Shown one piece after another: positions 1 to 8,831 of a DNA stretch of 36,779 bases; positions within the stretch are counted from its first letter, which is position 1, and each line of letters opens with the position of its first letter. Where the stretch lies: IMG/VR virus record IMGVR_UViG_3300042922_000906, positions 104,054 through 140,832 of that record. One strand, given 5' to 3'. The position numbers were made by a program, and so were the translations under genes. The notes beneath the pieces are model-generated. The model saw only the letters and a program-made list of their open reading frames with translations, was not told the origin of the DNA and searched no databases. The DNA comes from a virus. Lineage: Duplodnaviria; Heunggongvirae; Uroviricota; Caudoviricetes.

Positions 1-2
1 AG

Positions 3-95
3 TATTTAGAAAATAGAGATTTGTTTAGGAATAAAGAAGAGAACAAAACAGAAGATGATAATGATTTGTCATGGCTGAATGGACTTCTTAATTAA
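3..95 (+). CDS. 3' end of an upstream gene, truncated by the window edge (YLENRDLFRNKEENKTEDDNDLSWLNGLLN*)
   Basis: Open frame from position 3 to TAA at 93-95, same strand as dnaE; product not identifiable. Confidence 0.5.
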   Translation, partial: YLENRDLFRNKEENKTEDDNDLSWLNGLLN

Positions 96-112
96 CTAAA
101 ATAATATAATAT
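94..112 (+). promoter_or_regulatory. Copy 1 of repeated 19-bp motif (AACTAAAATAATATAATAT)
   Basis: Directly upstream of the dnaE RBS (AGGAG); near-identical to six other copies. Confidence 0.65.
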
Positions 113-128
113 AAAATAGGAGTATTAT

Positions 129-3100
129 ATGAACACTTATGTTGCACAACATGTACATGATGATACTAGCAATTGCAATGGATATGCAGATTCATGTTCG
201 AGTTATAAAGAATATATTAAATTAGCAAAAAAACAAGGAATGAAAGCTATAGCTTTTTCTAATCATGGTGGAATTTACGATTGGATTAAAAAAAAGCAAG
301 ATTGTGATAAAGCTGGTATTAAGTATATTCATGGCATTGAGTTATATCTTTGCACAAAATTAGAAGCAGATGAAAGAGGATACCATATTGGATTATATGC
401 AAAAAATTTAGATGGTGTAAAAGAGTTGAATAAGATGATTTCTTTATCAACATCTAAAGGTAAAAAAGAAGATAAGACCGATAGACATTTTTACTACAAT
501 CCTAGAATTTCCATCCAGGAATTGATGAACACAAGTGAAAATATTATCATCACAACTGCTTGTCTTGCTTCAATATTATGGAATAAAAGGAATGATAATG
601 ACGGCCTAGTATTATCTATATTGGAATGGATGTCAAAAAATAATGCTAGATGTTTTTTAGAAATACAATATCATTCTGTACAACATCAAATTGAGTATAA
701 TCAATTACTCTACAAGTGGAGCAAACAATACAATATTCCTTTAATAGCAGGAACAGATACACATTCATCTTCAAAATATAAAGCCGAGTGTAGAAAGATT
801 CTTCAAATATCTAAAGATAGTTTTTACGGAGAAGAAGACGAGTTTGATCTGGTATGGAAAACATACGATGAACTGGTTGAATGTTTTGAGAAACAGAATG
901 CTTTACCTAAAGATATTTGGTTAGAAGCAATAAATAATACAAACAAGTTTGCTGATATGATTGAAGATTTTAAACTTGATAGATCATTTAAATATCCAAA
1001 CTTATATGGGGAAAATGCTTTAGTGATTTGGAAACAGACAATTGCAAAGAAACTTCAAAATAAATTTAAGAGAAAAATAATTGATGTGAACAAAATTGAA
1101 GAATATAAAACAAAGATCAAAGAAGAATTTGATGCCATGAGAAAACAAGGAATGGAAAGCTTTATGATGTTCATGTCTGAGTTAGTAGATTACTGTAATG
1201 CAAATGAAATTCCATATGGATTTTGTAGGGGTTCTGTTGGTGGTAGTGAAGTAGCTTATATAACTGATATTACCGATGTAGACCCTGTAAGATGGAATAC
1301 GGTTTTCTCAAGATTTTGCAATGCAGATAGAATATCTTTAGCAGATATAGATATTGATTTTGCTCCTGAAGATAGAGAAAAAGTGTACAAATTTATTATT
1401 AATAGATTTACACCTGAAAAAACAGCATACATTGCTTCATTTACAACTCTAAAAGACAGAGGCACTATTGACGTGTTAGCTAAAGGTTTGAAATATGAAG
1501 ATTTAGATGTGGTTATGGATGTAAAAAATCAGTTTGATAAGTTATTTGATGAATACTCAAAGATTATTAACGAAGAAGTTAACTTAGAGGAATTAGATGA
1601 AGTAGAAGCAAAATCAATCGACTTTGATTATCATGATATTTATTGTAATAGAATCAGAAATGGGAAAGCATTAACGAGGGTTAATAATTTAAAGAAAGAA
1701 TTCCAAACTCTAAAAGACAACAATAAGAATTTATTCTACTATTTTGATGGTTTAAAAGGAACTATAATTGCCAAAGGAAATCATCCAGCAGGTATTATTG
1801 GTTCACCAATAACTTTAGCAGATAATCTTGGAGTATTTTATAAAGATGGTGACGAATCACAACCTGTATCAGTTTGTGCTATGAAAGCTGTTGATTCTGT
1901 TAACTATGTTAAGTTTGATATCCTTGGTTTAAAAACAGTAGGAATAATAAAAGATGTATATAAATATATTAATTCTCACTATTTAAAAGCTCATGAGATA
2001 GATTGGAATGATAAAAAAGTTTGGAATAATATGATTAACTCAAATGTTGGTGTTTTTCAATTTGAAGGAGATTATGCGTTTTCATTACTTAAAGATTTTG
2101 AACCAAAGTTTATTAACGATATGTCACTGGTAAATGCTTCGCTAAGACCGTCTGGAAAATCCTATAGAGATAGATTAATTAAGAAAGAATTTAATAAAAA
2201 TCCTTCAAATCAAATAGATGAACTCTTAAAAGATAACTACGGTTATTTAGTTTATCAGGAGGATACAATTAAATTCTTAACTAATATTTGTGGATTCAGT
2301 GGTTCTTTGGCTGATACAACAAGAAGAGCAATTGGTAAAAAGGACATTGAATTGCTTAATCAACAATTGCCAAAAATACTTGAGGGATATTGTGAGAAAT
2401 CAGATAAACTGAGAGAAATAGCTGAAGAAGAAGCGAATCAATTTGTTCAAATTATTTCAGATTCTTCAGAATATCAGTTTGGATATAATCATTCGACAGG
2501 TTATTCAATGAATGGTTATGCAGAAACTAGATTAAGAACTTATTATCCATTAGAATTTGTAACTGCATATTTGAATAGAGCTGAAAATACAGAAGATACA
2601 AATAATGGTGTGAAACTTGCGAATCAATTAGAAATTAGCATCAAACCTATATCTTTTGGTAAATCAGTTGCAGAATATACTTTTGATAAAGAAGAAAAAG
2701 CGATTTATCAGGGAATAGCAGCAATAAAATATCTAAATGATAAAGTCCCAACCGAGCTATTAGAGTTATCTAAACAAAAACAATATAATACTTATATAGA
2801 CCTATTGCAAGATATAAAAAAAACATCGATTAATTCAAGACAGTTAAAAATACTCACTGGACTAGATTTCTTTAGACAGTTTGGAAAGAATAAAAAATTG
2901 CTTAAAATTATTGATTTGTTTGAAGATTTAGCAACAAGAAAACAAATTAATTTTAAGGATATCGGCAAACTAAATATCAATGAAGAACTATTAAAAAAAT
3001 ATAGCGGTAAAACAACTGAAGCACTTTATAAAGAACTTGATATGATTGGTTATATCAATGAAGCATCAGCTTTAATTGAAGACAAACCTTTGTCAATTAA

Positions 3101-3425
3101 GGAGCAAGTCAAGTTTGAAATGAATTATCTTGAATATGTAAAGTATACAAATGATAGTGCAGGTAAAGATTTTTTCATTATTATTAAATATGAAACCTAT
3201 AAAGATAAAACTAAACCATATGTAACATTGAGACAAATTAGAACCGGTCAAGAAATTAGAACAAAAATCAAAGACGGAAAAATATTTATTGAGAATCCAT
3301 TTAAGCTGTATGATGTCTTAAAAATCATTGAATGGAAAACTCAAAAGAAAACAAAATGTGTCAATGGCGAATGGAGAAAGACAGATGAAGATGAACAAAT
3401 ACTATATAAGTATGAGGTATTTTAA
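129..3425 (+). CDS. dnaE: Phage DNA polymerase III alpha subunit (family C, DnaE type) with N-terminal PHP domain
   Basis: PHP motifs QHVH, SNHG, GIE, GTDTH; RGSVGGS; catalytic DIDIDF and KFDILGLK; LVYQE; YQFGYNHSTGY; 1098 aa. Confidence 0.96.
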   Translation: MNTYVAQHVHDDTSNCNGYADSCSSYKEYIKLAKKQGMKAIAFSNHGGIYDWIKKKQDCDKAGIKYIHGIELYLCTKLEADERGYHIGLYAKNLDGVKELNKMISLSTSKGKKEDKTDRHFYYNPRISIQELMNTSENIIITTACLASILWNKRNDNDGLVLSILEWMSKNNARCFLEIQYHSVQHQIEYNQLLYKWSKQYNIPLIAGTDTHSSSKYKAECRKILQISKDSFYGEEDEFDLVWKTYDELVECFEKQNALPKDIWLEAINNTNKFADMIEDFKLDRSFKYPNLYGENALVIWKQTIAKKLQNKFKRKIIDVNKIEEYKTKIKEEFDAMRKQGMESFMMFMSELVDYCNANEIPYGFCRGSVGGSEVAYITDITDVDPVRWNTVFSRFCNADRISLADIDIDFAPEDREKVYKFIINRFTPEKTAYIASFTTLKDRGTIDVLAKGLKYEDLDVVMDVKNQFDKLFDEYSKIINEEVNLEELDEVEAKSIDFDYHDIYCNRIRNGKALTRVNNLKKEFQTLKDNNKNLFYYFDGLKGTIIAKGNHPAGIIGSPITLADNLGVFYKDGDESQPVSVCAMKAVDSVNYVKFDILGLKTVGIIKDVYKYINSHYLKAHEIDWNDKKVWNNMINSNVGVFQFEGDYAFSLLKDFEPKFINDMSLVNASLRPSGKSYRDRLIKKEFNKNPSNQIDELLKDNYGYLVYQEDTIKFLTNICGFSGSLADTTRRAIGKKDIELLNQQLPKILEGYCEKSDKLREIAEEEANQFVQIISDSSEYQFGYNHSTGYSMNGYAETRLRTYYPLEFVTAYLNRAENTEDTNNGVKLANQLEISIKPISFGKSVAEYTFDKEEKAIYQGIAAIKYLNDKVPTELLELSKQKQYNTYIDLLQDIKKTSINSRQLKILTGLDFFRQFGKNKKLLKIIDLFEDLATRKQINFKDIGKLNINEELLKKYSGKTTEALYKELDMIGYINEASALIEDKPLSIKEQVKFEMNYLEYVKYTNDSAGKDFFIIIKYETYKDKTKPYVTLRQIRTGQEIRTKIKDGKIFIENPFKLYDVLKIIEWKTQKKTKCVNGEWRKTDEDEQILYKYEVF

Positions 3426-5707
3426 TGACAGATACTAAACAAAAAACAATAGTAGAATTTAAGGGGTGTATGGTTAGAGTAATCTACACCTCCGAAAACT
3501 ACAAAATATATGCTTTTGATGTAGATTTTAATTCATATCCAAATATCAAAAGGAATCAATACTACAATGTTACAGTATCAGGCAATCTACATGATTTAGA
3601 AGAAGCTATTGAATATACTATTCAAGCTGAAGAGAAACAGGGTAAATATGGAGTTGAATATAAAGTTACAAACATCAAAAGAGATATACCTAAGACTGAA
3701 CATTCTGTTAGATTGTTTCTACAGAATGTATTAGAGAGTAGAGAGCAAGTAGATCAGTTAATGCAGCATTACCCTGATATTATTGATAGAGTTATAAATA
3801 ATCGGCTTAATGATATTGATCTTAAAAAGTTATACAATATTGGCGAGTATCGTTTTGGAGTAATTAAAAGAAGAATAATCGAAAACTTTGCTTTAGCCGA
3901 ACTCATCAATGACTTTAAAGGTTTTCTTGATTTCAAAATATTAAAAGCTCTACTTGATAAATATACTTCAATTGAAAATATTAAAGAAAAACTAATGGAT
4001 AATCCGTATAAATGTCTGTGTGGAATATCTCGAATAGCTTTTAAAACAGCAGATAAAATCCTTCTTTCATTTAATGAAGAATGTATGAAAATAAGAGCTA
4101 AAGGAGATAAACCGCCAATAGATTTTACATATGATTTACTTACTTCGAAACAAAGACAAAAGGCAGCAATTATGTTTCTTCTTGAGGAAAATGAAGGTAA
4201 TGGAAATACGAGAATAGGAATCAAAGAATTGAGAAAACAAGCAGAAGCATTGGCAAATAAGTGTATTGGGCATTTTGTTGATATTATCAAAAATGACGAA
4301 CATATATATTTTGATAAAACATCAATGACTGCGGCTCTTCAAGAAACTTATGAAACCGAAAAATATATTGCTAATAGAATGATTGAAGGATTAAAGATCG
4401 AGAATAAGTGGGCAATCAAAGAAAATGATTATAGTAAATTTGATGATATTCAATTAACTAATGAACAAGTAAAAACTATTCCTATGGTTTGTGAGAATAA
4501 TATTTCTATTCTCAAAGGCGGGGCAGGAATGGGAAAGAGTCAATCTACAAAAGCAGTAATTAATATGTTAAAGGATAATGAGAAGTCTTTTATTATCATT
4601 GCACCAACAGGAAGAGCTTCAAAAGTTATTTCGGAATTTACTAATGAATATGCTTCAACAATTCATAGAGGATTGGCATATATGCCTCCAGAATGGGGGT
4701 TTAATGAAAAGAATAAGTTACCTTATGATATCGTAATTGTAGATGAAACTTCAATGGTAGATATATTTCTCATGAGAAAACTGATTGAAGCGATTGATTT
4801 CACGAAAACTAAATTATTTTTAGTTGGGGATGCAGATCAGATTCCATCTGTGGGAGCAGGTAATGTATTTTTTGATTTGATTAATTCTGGACTTATTCCA
4901 ATGAATACACTTACTGTTGTATTTAGGTATGGTAAAGGTGGAATTCTCACTGTGGCAACTAAAACGAGAAATAGTGAGAAATGGTTAAAAGATTCTAAAG
5001 AACCTCAAATATTTGGTGAAGATAAAGGCTATATGTTTATACCCTCACCACAAGAAAAGATAATCAGCAATGTAGTTGCTTTATACAAAAAATTATTATC
5101 ATCTGGATACTCGAAAGAAGATATTTTAATATTATCAGCTTATAATAAAGGTGAATATGGAACAATTAATTTGAACAAAAAACTACAGCCTATTGCAAAT
5201 CCAAATGTTGAATTAGATGGTAAGTTTATGGATTTAGGTGAAACTAAATTTTACGAAGATGATTTAGTTATTCAGACAGTAAATAATTATAAAGCCACAT
5301 CATATAACGAAAATTATACTTGGGATGATGAAGGTAGGCAGGTGTTTATTCCCAACGGAGAAATAGGAAAGATAGTTGAGATTAAATTTAATAATGTTAT
5401 AGATAAGTTTTCTACAGACACAGTTATATATTCAAGAGATGATATGCAAAATGTAAAACTTGCATACAGCATAAGCATTCATAAATCACAAGGCGGTCAG
5501 GCTAAAATAGTAATCTTACTTACACCTAAAGCACATACATTTATGTTGAATAGTAATTTAATATATGTTGGTCAAACCAGAGCTAAAGAGAAAGTATTTC
5601 ATTTTGGAGATATTGATACAATAAATCGTTCTATTAAGAAAAAAGCAGATTTTAATAGAGAAACTTATTTAAAAGACTTACTTAAAACTTTAACTGAAAT
5701 ATTATAA
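3425..5707 (+). CDS. recD2: RecD2-like SF1B helicase
   Basis: Walker A GGAGMGKS, APTGRAS, VDETSMVD, GDADQIPSVGAG, AYSISIHKSQG, YVGQTRAK; long N-terminal extension; TAATG overlap with dnaE. Confidence 0.92.
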   Translation: MTDTKQKTIVEFKGCMVRVIYTSENYKIYAFDVDFNSYPNIKRNQYYNVTVSGNLHDLEEAIEYTIQAEEKQGKYGVEYKVTNIKRDIPKTEHSVRLFLQNVLESREQVDQLMQHYPDIIDRVINNRLNDIDLKKLYNIGEYRFGVIKRRIIENFALAELINDFKGFLDFKILKALLDKYTSIENIKEKLMDNPYKCLCGISRIAFKTADKILLSFNEECMKIRAKGDKPPIDFTYDLLTSKQRQKAAIMFLLEENEGNGNTRIGIKELRKQAEALANKCIGHFVDIIKNDEHIYFDKTSMTAALQETYETEKYIANRMIEGLKIENKWAIKENDYSKFDDIQLTNEQVKTIPMVCENNISILKGGAGMGKSQSTKAVINMLKDNEKSFIIIAPTGRASKVISEFTNEYASTIHRGLAYMPPEWGFNEKNKLPYDIVIVDETSMVDIFLMRKLIEAIDFTKTKLFLVGDADQIPSVGAGNVFFDLINSGLIPMNTLTVVFRYGKGGILTVATKTRNSEKWLKDSKEPQIFGEDKGYMFIPSPQEKIISNVVALYKKLLSSGYSKEDILILSAYNKGEYGTINLNKKLQPIANPNVELDGKFMDLGETKFYEDDLVIQTVNNYKATSYNENYTWDDEGRQVFIPNGEIGKIVEIKFNNVIDKFSTDTVIYSRDDMQNVKLAYSISIHKSQGGQAKIVILLTPKAHTFMLNSNLIYVGQTRAKEKVFHFGDIDTINRSIKKKADFNRETYLKDLLKTLTEIL

Positions 5708-5710
5708 TAT
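5692..5710 (+). promoter_or_regulatory. Copy 2 of repeated 19-bp motif (AACTGAAATATTATAATAT)
   Basis: Overlaps the recD2 stop codon; one mismatch to the copy at 26033-26051. Confidence 0.6.
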
Positions 5711-5715
5711 AATTA

Positions 5716-5744
5716 TTGACTTTATCTTTCGGTGAGAGTATAAT
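5716..5744 (+). promoter_or_regulatory. SigA-type promoter TTGACT-N17-TATAAT
   Basis: -35 at 5716-5721, -10 at 5739-5744, 17-bp spacer. Confidence 0.75.
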
Positions 5745-5842
5745 CAAATTGTGACAGAGAGATAAAGTTAATTGTTAGACTCAAATTAGTTGTATTGGGG
5801 GAGTATTATTGTATAATCGAAATTGCGTGTGATAATAAAAAT

Positions 5843-5866
5843 AAAAAGGTTGGTTATTCACCAACC
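5843..5866 (-). terminator. Intrinsic terminator of the 119-aa minus-strand gene
   Basis: GGTTGG/CCAACC stem (5848-5853/5861-5866), 7-nt loop containing the stop codon, U-tract on the minus strand only. Confidence 0.65.
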
Positions 5867-6213
5867 CGAATTTCATAATAGCTCTTAGGAATTATAGCTT
5901 TATTGTCGATCTTTAAAACTTTTGCATTATTATACGAGGTGAGATTCTCGGTTAGATATTTTAGATATAATAAATCAATATCATCATTAGTACATTCTAC
6001 AAGAGTGTTGCGGCTTGTAATTGAAGCAAGGGAAACTAACTTTTGAAGCCTTTCATTTTCTTTTCTAAGGTCTATTATTTCAGATTTTAGATTTTCAACT
6101 TCAACAGTTTCGATAGACACAACACTTAATTTAGGTTCAGATTTTGGTTTTTTATTATATTTCCTCTTAGGACTTTCAATGGTTGGTTGTTCAGCTACGC
6201 TTACTTTTTTCAT
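5854..6213 (-). CDS. Hypothetical protein with basic N-terminal patch and predicted coiled coil
   Basis: GGAGG RBS, own terminator; only counter-oriented gene supported in the left arm; PKRKYNKKPK patch then heptad-like LKSEIIDLRKENERLQKL. Confidence 0.75.
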   Translation of the reverse strand: MKKVSVAEQPTIESPKRKYNKKPKSEPKLSVVSIETVEVENLKSEIIDLRKENERLQKLVSLASITSRNTLVECTNDDIDLLYLKYLTENLTSYNNAKVLKIDNKAIIPKSYYEIRVGE

Positions 6214-6293
6214 GATAATAACCTCCGTATTATTAATAATATAGATTATTCCTAATATATGGAAAATTATTCATGTTTATATAAATAATTAAT

Positions 6294-6309
6294 TAAAATC
6301 TGAATTTTA
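6294..6309. repeat. TAAAA-N6-TTTTA inverted repeat (spacer TCTGAA)
   Basis: Intergenic, just before the RBS of 6325. Confidence 0.55.
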
Positions 6310-6324
6310 TGGGCAGGTAGGTAT

Positions 6325-6606
6325 ATGAAACATTGTAACAGATGTGGACTTTGCTGTGAATTGGAATTATGTAGCAAAGGGAGAAGAAAAGATAAAAAGA
6401 TTAAAGGTAATTGCCAATTTTTAATAAGAAACGATGATGGAACTACTTCATGTAAATTAATACTTGAAGGTAAAATGCCTTCGGGTGTTATTAATCTTAA
6501 TGGAGGTTGTATAATTCAAGAAGATTATCCCAAAATGTATGAGTTCCAAATTGAGTATAGAAACAATTCGAATAAAAACGGGATTTCATTCCCTGAAAGG
6601 AAGTAA
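6325..6606 (+). CDS. YkgJ-like (CxxCxxCC) cysteine-cluster protein, putative Fe-S or Zn binding
   Basis: CNRCGLCC plus four further Cys. Confidence 0.6.
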   Translation: MKHCNRCGLCCELELCSKGRRKDKKIKGNCQFLIRNDDGTTSCKLILEGKMPSGVINLNGGCIIQEDYPKMYEFQIEYRNNSNKNGISFPERK

Positions 6607-6608
6607 AT

Positions 6609-7025
6609 ATGATGATTCTTGAATGTTCGTCTAAAGGTGATAAGAGATTTTCTGCATTATATGCAAATATTACGGTGTTCGGAAGGAACACAAACATAGA
6701 AAGGCATTATCAAGGTTGTAAGAGATTTAATGACATGAATATCTCAAAAGCTAAAGGTAAAAAACCTGATTATATTGAGATAAATGGAAAAAGCTTAGAT
6801 GTACGATATTTAACTCCTTGGTACAAATTACTATGGGTTAAATATTTAGACAGAAATCCTGACCTTGTTGATTATGCTTCAGGTTTTGATGAGTTTCATG
6901 ATATATTCAAAGGGAAAAATACAATTAATTGTCAAGCAGATGTTATAAGACAATATATAAAACAGGGAAGAGAATCCATTATTCAAGAATGTAAAGATTT
7001 AATTGACATACTAAAAAGTATTTAA
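6609..7025 (+). CDS. Putative NADAR-superfamily protein (ADP-ribosyl glycohydrolase-like)
   Basis: GDKRFSALYA, IERHYQGCKRF (E-x2-YQ-x2-K), WYKLLWVKYLDRNPDL and late HDIF resemble NADAR motifs. Confidence 0.55.
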   Translation: MMILECSSKGDKRFSALYANITVFGRNTNIERHYQGCKRFNDMNISKAKGKKPDYIEINGKSLDVRYLTPWYKLLWVKYLDRNPDLVDYASGFDEFHDIFKGKNTINCQADVIRQYIKQGRESIIQECKDLIDILKSI

Positions 7026-7038
7026 AACTTCTATTTCA
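7023..7038. repeat. Near-match TAAAA-N6-TTTCA inverted repeat
   Basis: Begins at the TAA stop of 6609..7025; one mismatch. Confidence 0.4.
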
Positions 7039-7044
7039 AGTAAA

Positions 7045-7063
7045 AACTAAAATACTATAATAT
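7045..7063 (+). promoter_or_regulatory. Copy 3 of repeated 19-bp motif (AACTAAAATACTATAATAT)
   Basis: Intergenic, upstream of GAGGAG RBS of 7091. Confidence 0.65.
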
Positions 7064-7090
7064 TAAACTGTAAATTGAGGAGAAGAAAAT

Positions 7091-7363
7091 ATGAATACAC
7101 CAAAACTACTGAAATTAGATAATGTTGATATAAACACTTTATTGAAAATAGAAAAAATGATCAAAGATGCTATGGAGAGTGATCATTTTCAGGATTACCC
7201 TATAGAAGAGCTTGATATAGTTTCATTAGACATATTAGCTGAATATGCAAATAAAAATAATATATTAGTAGCTTTGAAATCTGAACATAGCAATTATCAT
7301 CAGGGTACAATAGTAGAATTATTGAATAAAAACTATTTGGATAAATTTTTAAAGCTAATTTAA
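7091..7363 (+). CDS. Hypothetical protein
   Basis: 90-aa ORF with GAGGAG RBS; no recognised motif. Confidence 0.75.
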   Translation: MNTPKLLKLDNVDINTLLKIEKMIKDAMESDHFQDYPIEELDIVSLDILAEYANKNNILVALKSEHSNYHQGTIVELLNKNYLDKFLKLI

Positions 7364-7390
7364 AAGAATCAAAATTGAAAGGATAACATT

Positions 7391-7771
7391 ATGATATATA
7401 CTACATATTTTGCAAACCTAAAAAAGCTGCCAGACAGTATTGTTCCTATATCAATATGTGGTAAAGCTCCAGATTGGTATAAAGGACTACAATATAAAAA
7501 GTTAGCACCTAAGTATGGTTTCTTTATGGAATGGAAAAAGAATCATGATAACAATTATTACATAAAACATTTTAACGAAGAAGTATTGAACACCTTAAAT
7601 TCCAGAGAAGTAATTTTAGATTTATTGAGCATGACTGGTAATATTAAAGGATTAAATTATTTACCGCATATAGCTTTGGTATGCTATGAAAAACCAACTG
7701 ACTTCTGTCATAGACATTTGGTTGCGGAATGGCTTAGAAATGACGGATATGATGTAAAAGAGTGGCGATAA
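7391..7771 (+). CDS. DUF488-family protein (phage type)
   Basis: MIYTTYFAN start, LAP motif, LVCYEKPTDFCHRHLVAEWL. Confidence 0.75.
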   Translation: MIYTTYFANLKKLPDSIVPISICGKAPDWYKGLQYKKLAPKYGFFMEWKKNHDNNYYIKHFNEEVLNTLNSREVILDLLSMTGNIKGLNYLPHIALVCYEKPTDFCHRHLVAEWLRNDGYDVKEWR

Positions 7772-7784
7772 AATATTTGTTTTA
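7769..7784. repeat. TAAAA-N6-TTTTA inverted repeat (spacer TATTTG)
   Basis: Begins at the TAA stop of DUF488 gene, ends at RBS of next gene. Confidence 0.55.
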
Positions 7785-7795
7785 AAGGTAATATT

Positions 7796-8122
7796 ATGGA
7801 AAATAATAAAAATGTTATACAAGTTTTAAATGAAATAAAGAATATAAATAATATGATAGATATTAGAGAAATATTACTCAAGAATTTCTTGTATAGGATT
7901 AACGTTAGACAAATAGGTTGTTGCTGTGTAAAACTTTATGATTGCACTAATGACTTATCAGAAATAAAAGAGTTCTATAATAACATTGATAAGTCAAAAT
8001 ATGAGATATATTTCTATATTAATTTTAACAATGAGTGGCTAGAATTTCCAAATAAAAGGGATGAAAAAATGATTAATTTTATTGATGATATTTTAGACGG
8101 GAAGGGATTATGTTACATATAA
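7796..8122 (+). CDS. Hypothetical protein
   Basis: 108-aa ORF with AAAGGT RBS. Confidence 0.7.
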   Translation: MENNKNVIQVLNEIKNINNMIDIREILLKNFLYRINVRQIGCCCVKLYDCTNDLSEIKEFYNNIDKSKYEIYFYINFNNEWLEFPNKRDEKMINFIDDILDGKGLCYI

Positions 8123-8268
8123 TTTTAAAAGAAACAGGTGAAAAGAAACCAGTAAATAATTATGTAAGAATTGATTTAACTGATGATGAAATAAAAATAA
8201 TAATAAGTGGCAAAGCTATTCAAACACAAATTCCTTGGTTATCCATAGGAAGAAAAATCAGCACATAA
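8110..8268 (+). CDS. Small hypothetical protein, 52 aa (MLHIILKETGEKKPVNNYVRIDLTDDEIKIIISGKAIQTQIPWLSIGRKIST), not in ORF track
   Basis: GGAAGGGA RBS before ATG 8110; fills the gap between neighbouring genes. Confidence 0.6.
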   Translation: MLHIILKETGEKKPVNNYVRIDLTDDEIKIIISGKAIQTQIPWLSIGRKIST

Positions 8269-8281
8269 AAGAGTAGTTTTA
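8266..8281. repeat. TAAAA-N6-TTTTA inverted repeat (spacer GAGTAG)
   Basis: Begins at the TAA stop of the 52-aa ORF. Confidence 0.55.
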
Positions 8282-8302
8282 ATTGAACAGAAAAGGATAA
8301 GC

Positions 8303-8494
8303 ATGTACATAGTTAAAAGTAAATTGGAAAATTATTATGTTAAAATCAATAGTAATGGGTTGTTTTGGGTTAATAAAATTAATGCAACACGATTTAGGTT
8401 TAAAATCATTACATTTTTAATACTAAAAATCAATAAAACTATTAGACGATATAATAAATCAAGGGATTATAAATGGATAATAGAAAAAATATAA
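8303..8494 (+). CDS. Hypothetical basic protein
   Basis: 63-aa ORF with AAAGGA RBS. Confidence 0.6.
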   Translation: MYIVKSKLENYYVKINSNGLFWVNKINATRFRFKIITFLILKINKTIRRYNKSRDYKWIIEKI

Positions 8495-8509
8495 GTATAG
8501 ATCAGCACT

Positions 8510-8525
8510 TAAAAATCTAATTTTA
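8510..8525. repeat. TAAAA-N6-TTTTA inverted repeat (spacer ATCTAA)
   Basis: Intergenic, 20 bp upstream of 19-bp motif copy 4. Confidence 0.55.
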
Positions 8526-8544
8526 AAGGAATTAAAAATATTTA

Positions 8545-8563
8545 AACTACAATATTATAATAT
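8545..8563 (+). promoter_or_regulatory. Copy 4 of repeated 19-bp motif (AACTACAATATTATAATAT)
   Basis: Intergenic, upstream of the HicA-like gene. Confidence 0.65.
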
Positions 8564-8611
8564 AAAAAAAGTGTTGCACTTGAATCATTTTAAAGGAAGG
8601 AGGAGTATTTA

Positions 8612-8818
8612 ATGAGAATGAAAGGATTTACACCAAAAGAATTTGCAGATTTACTTATTGCAAATGGATGGAAATATAGTCATCATTCAAGTAATCATTA
8701 TAACTACTGCAAAGATGGATGCACTAAAATTATGACTGTTAATTTTCATTTCAAGAAAGAAATGTCGCGCCCACTATGTAAGCGGCTGCTTAAAGAAGCT
8801 GGAATAAATATTATTTAA
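8612..8818 (+). CDS. hicA: HicA-family toxin-like mRNA interferase, no adjacent HicB
   Basis: TPKEFADLLIANGWKYSHHSSNH...IMTVNFHFKKEM...RLLKEAG follows the HicA pattern (GSH-like His here SNH); 68 aa; strong RBS. Confidence 0.7.
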   Translation: MRMKGFTPKEFADLLIANGWKYSHHSSNHYNYCKDGCTKIMTVNFHFKKEMSRPLCKRLLKEAGINII

Positions 8819-8831
8819 GGATGCTATTTTT

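Noticed and set aside
5797-5835. GGGGGAG followed by a 7-codon TTG-start frame
   Set aside because: Too short and unsupported; could be chance within a promoter region
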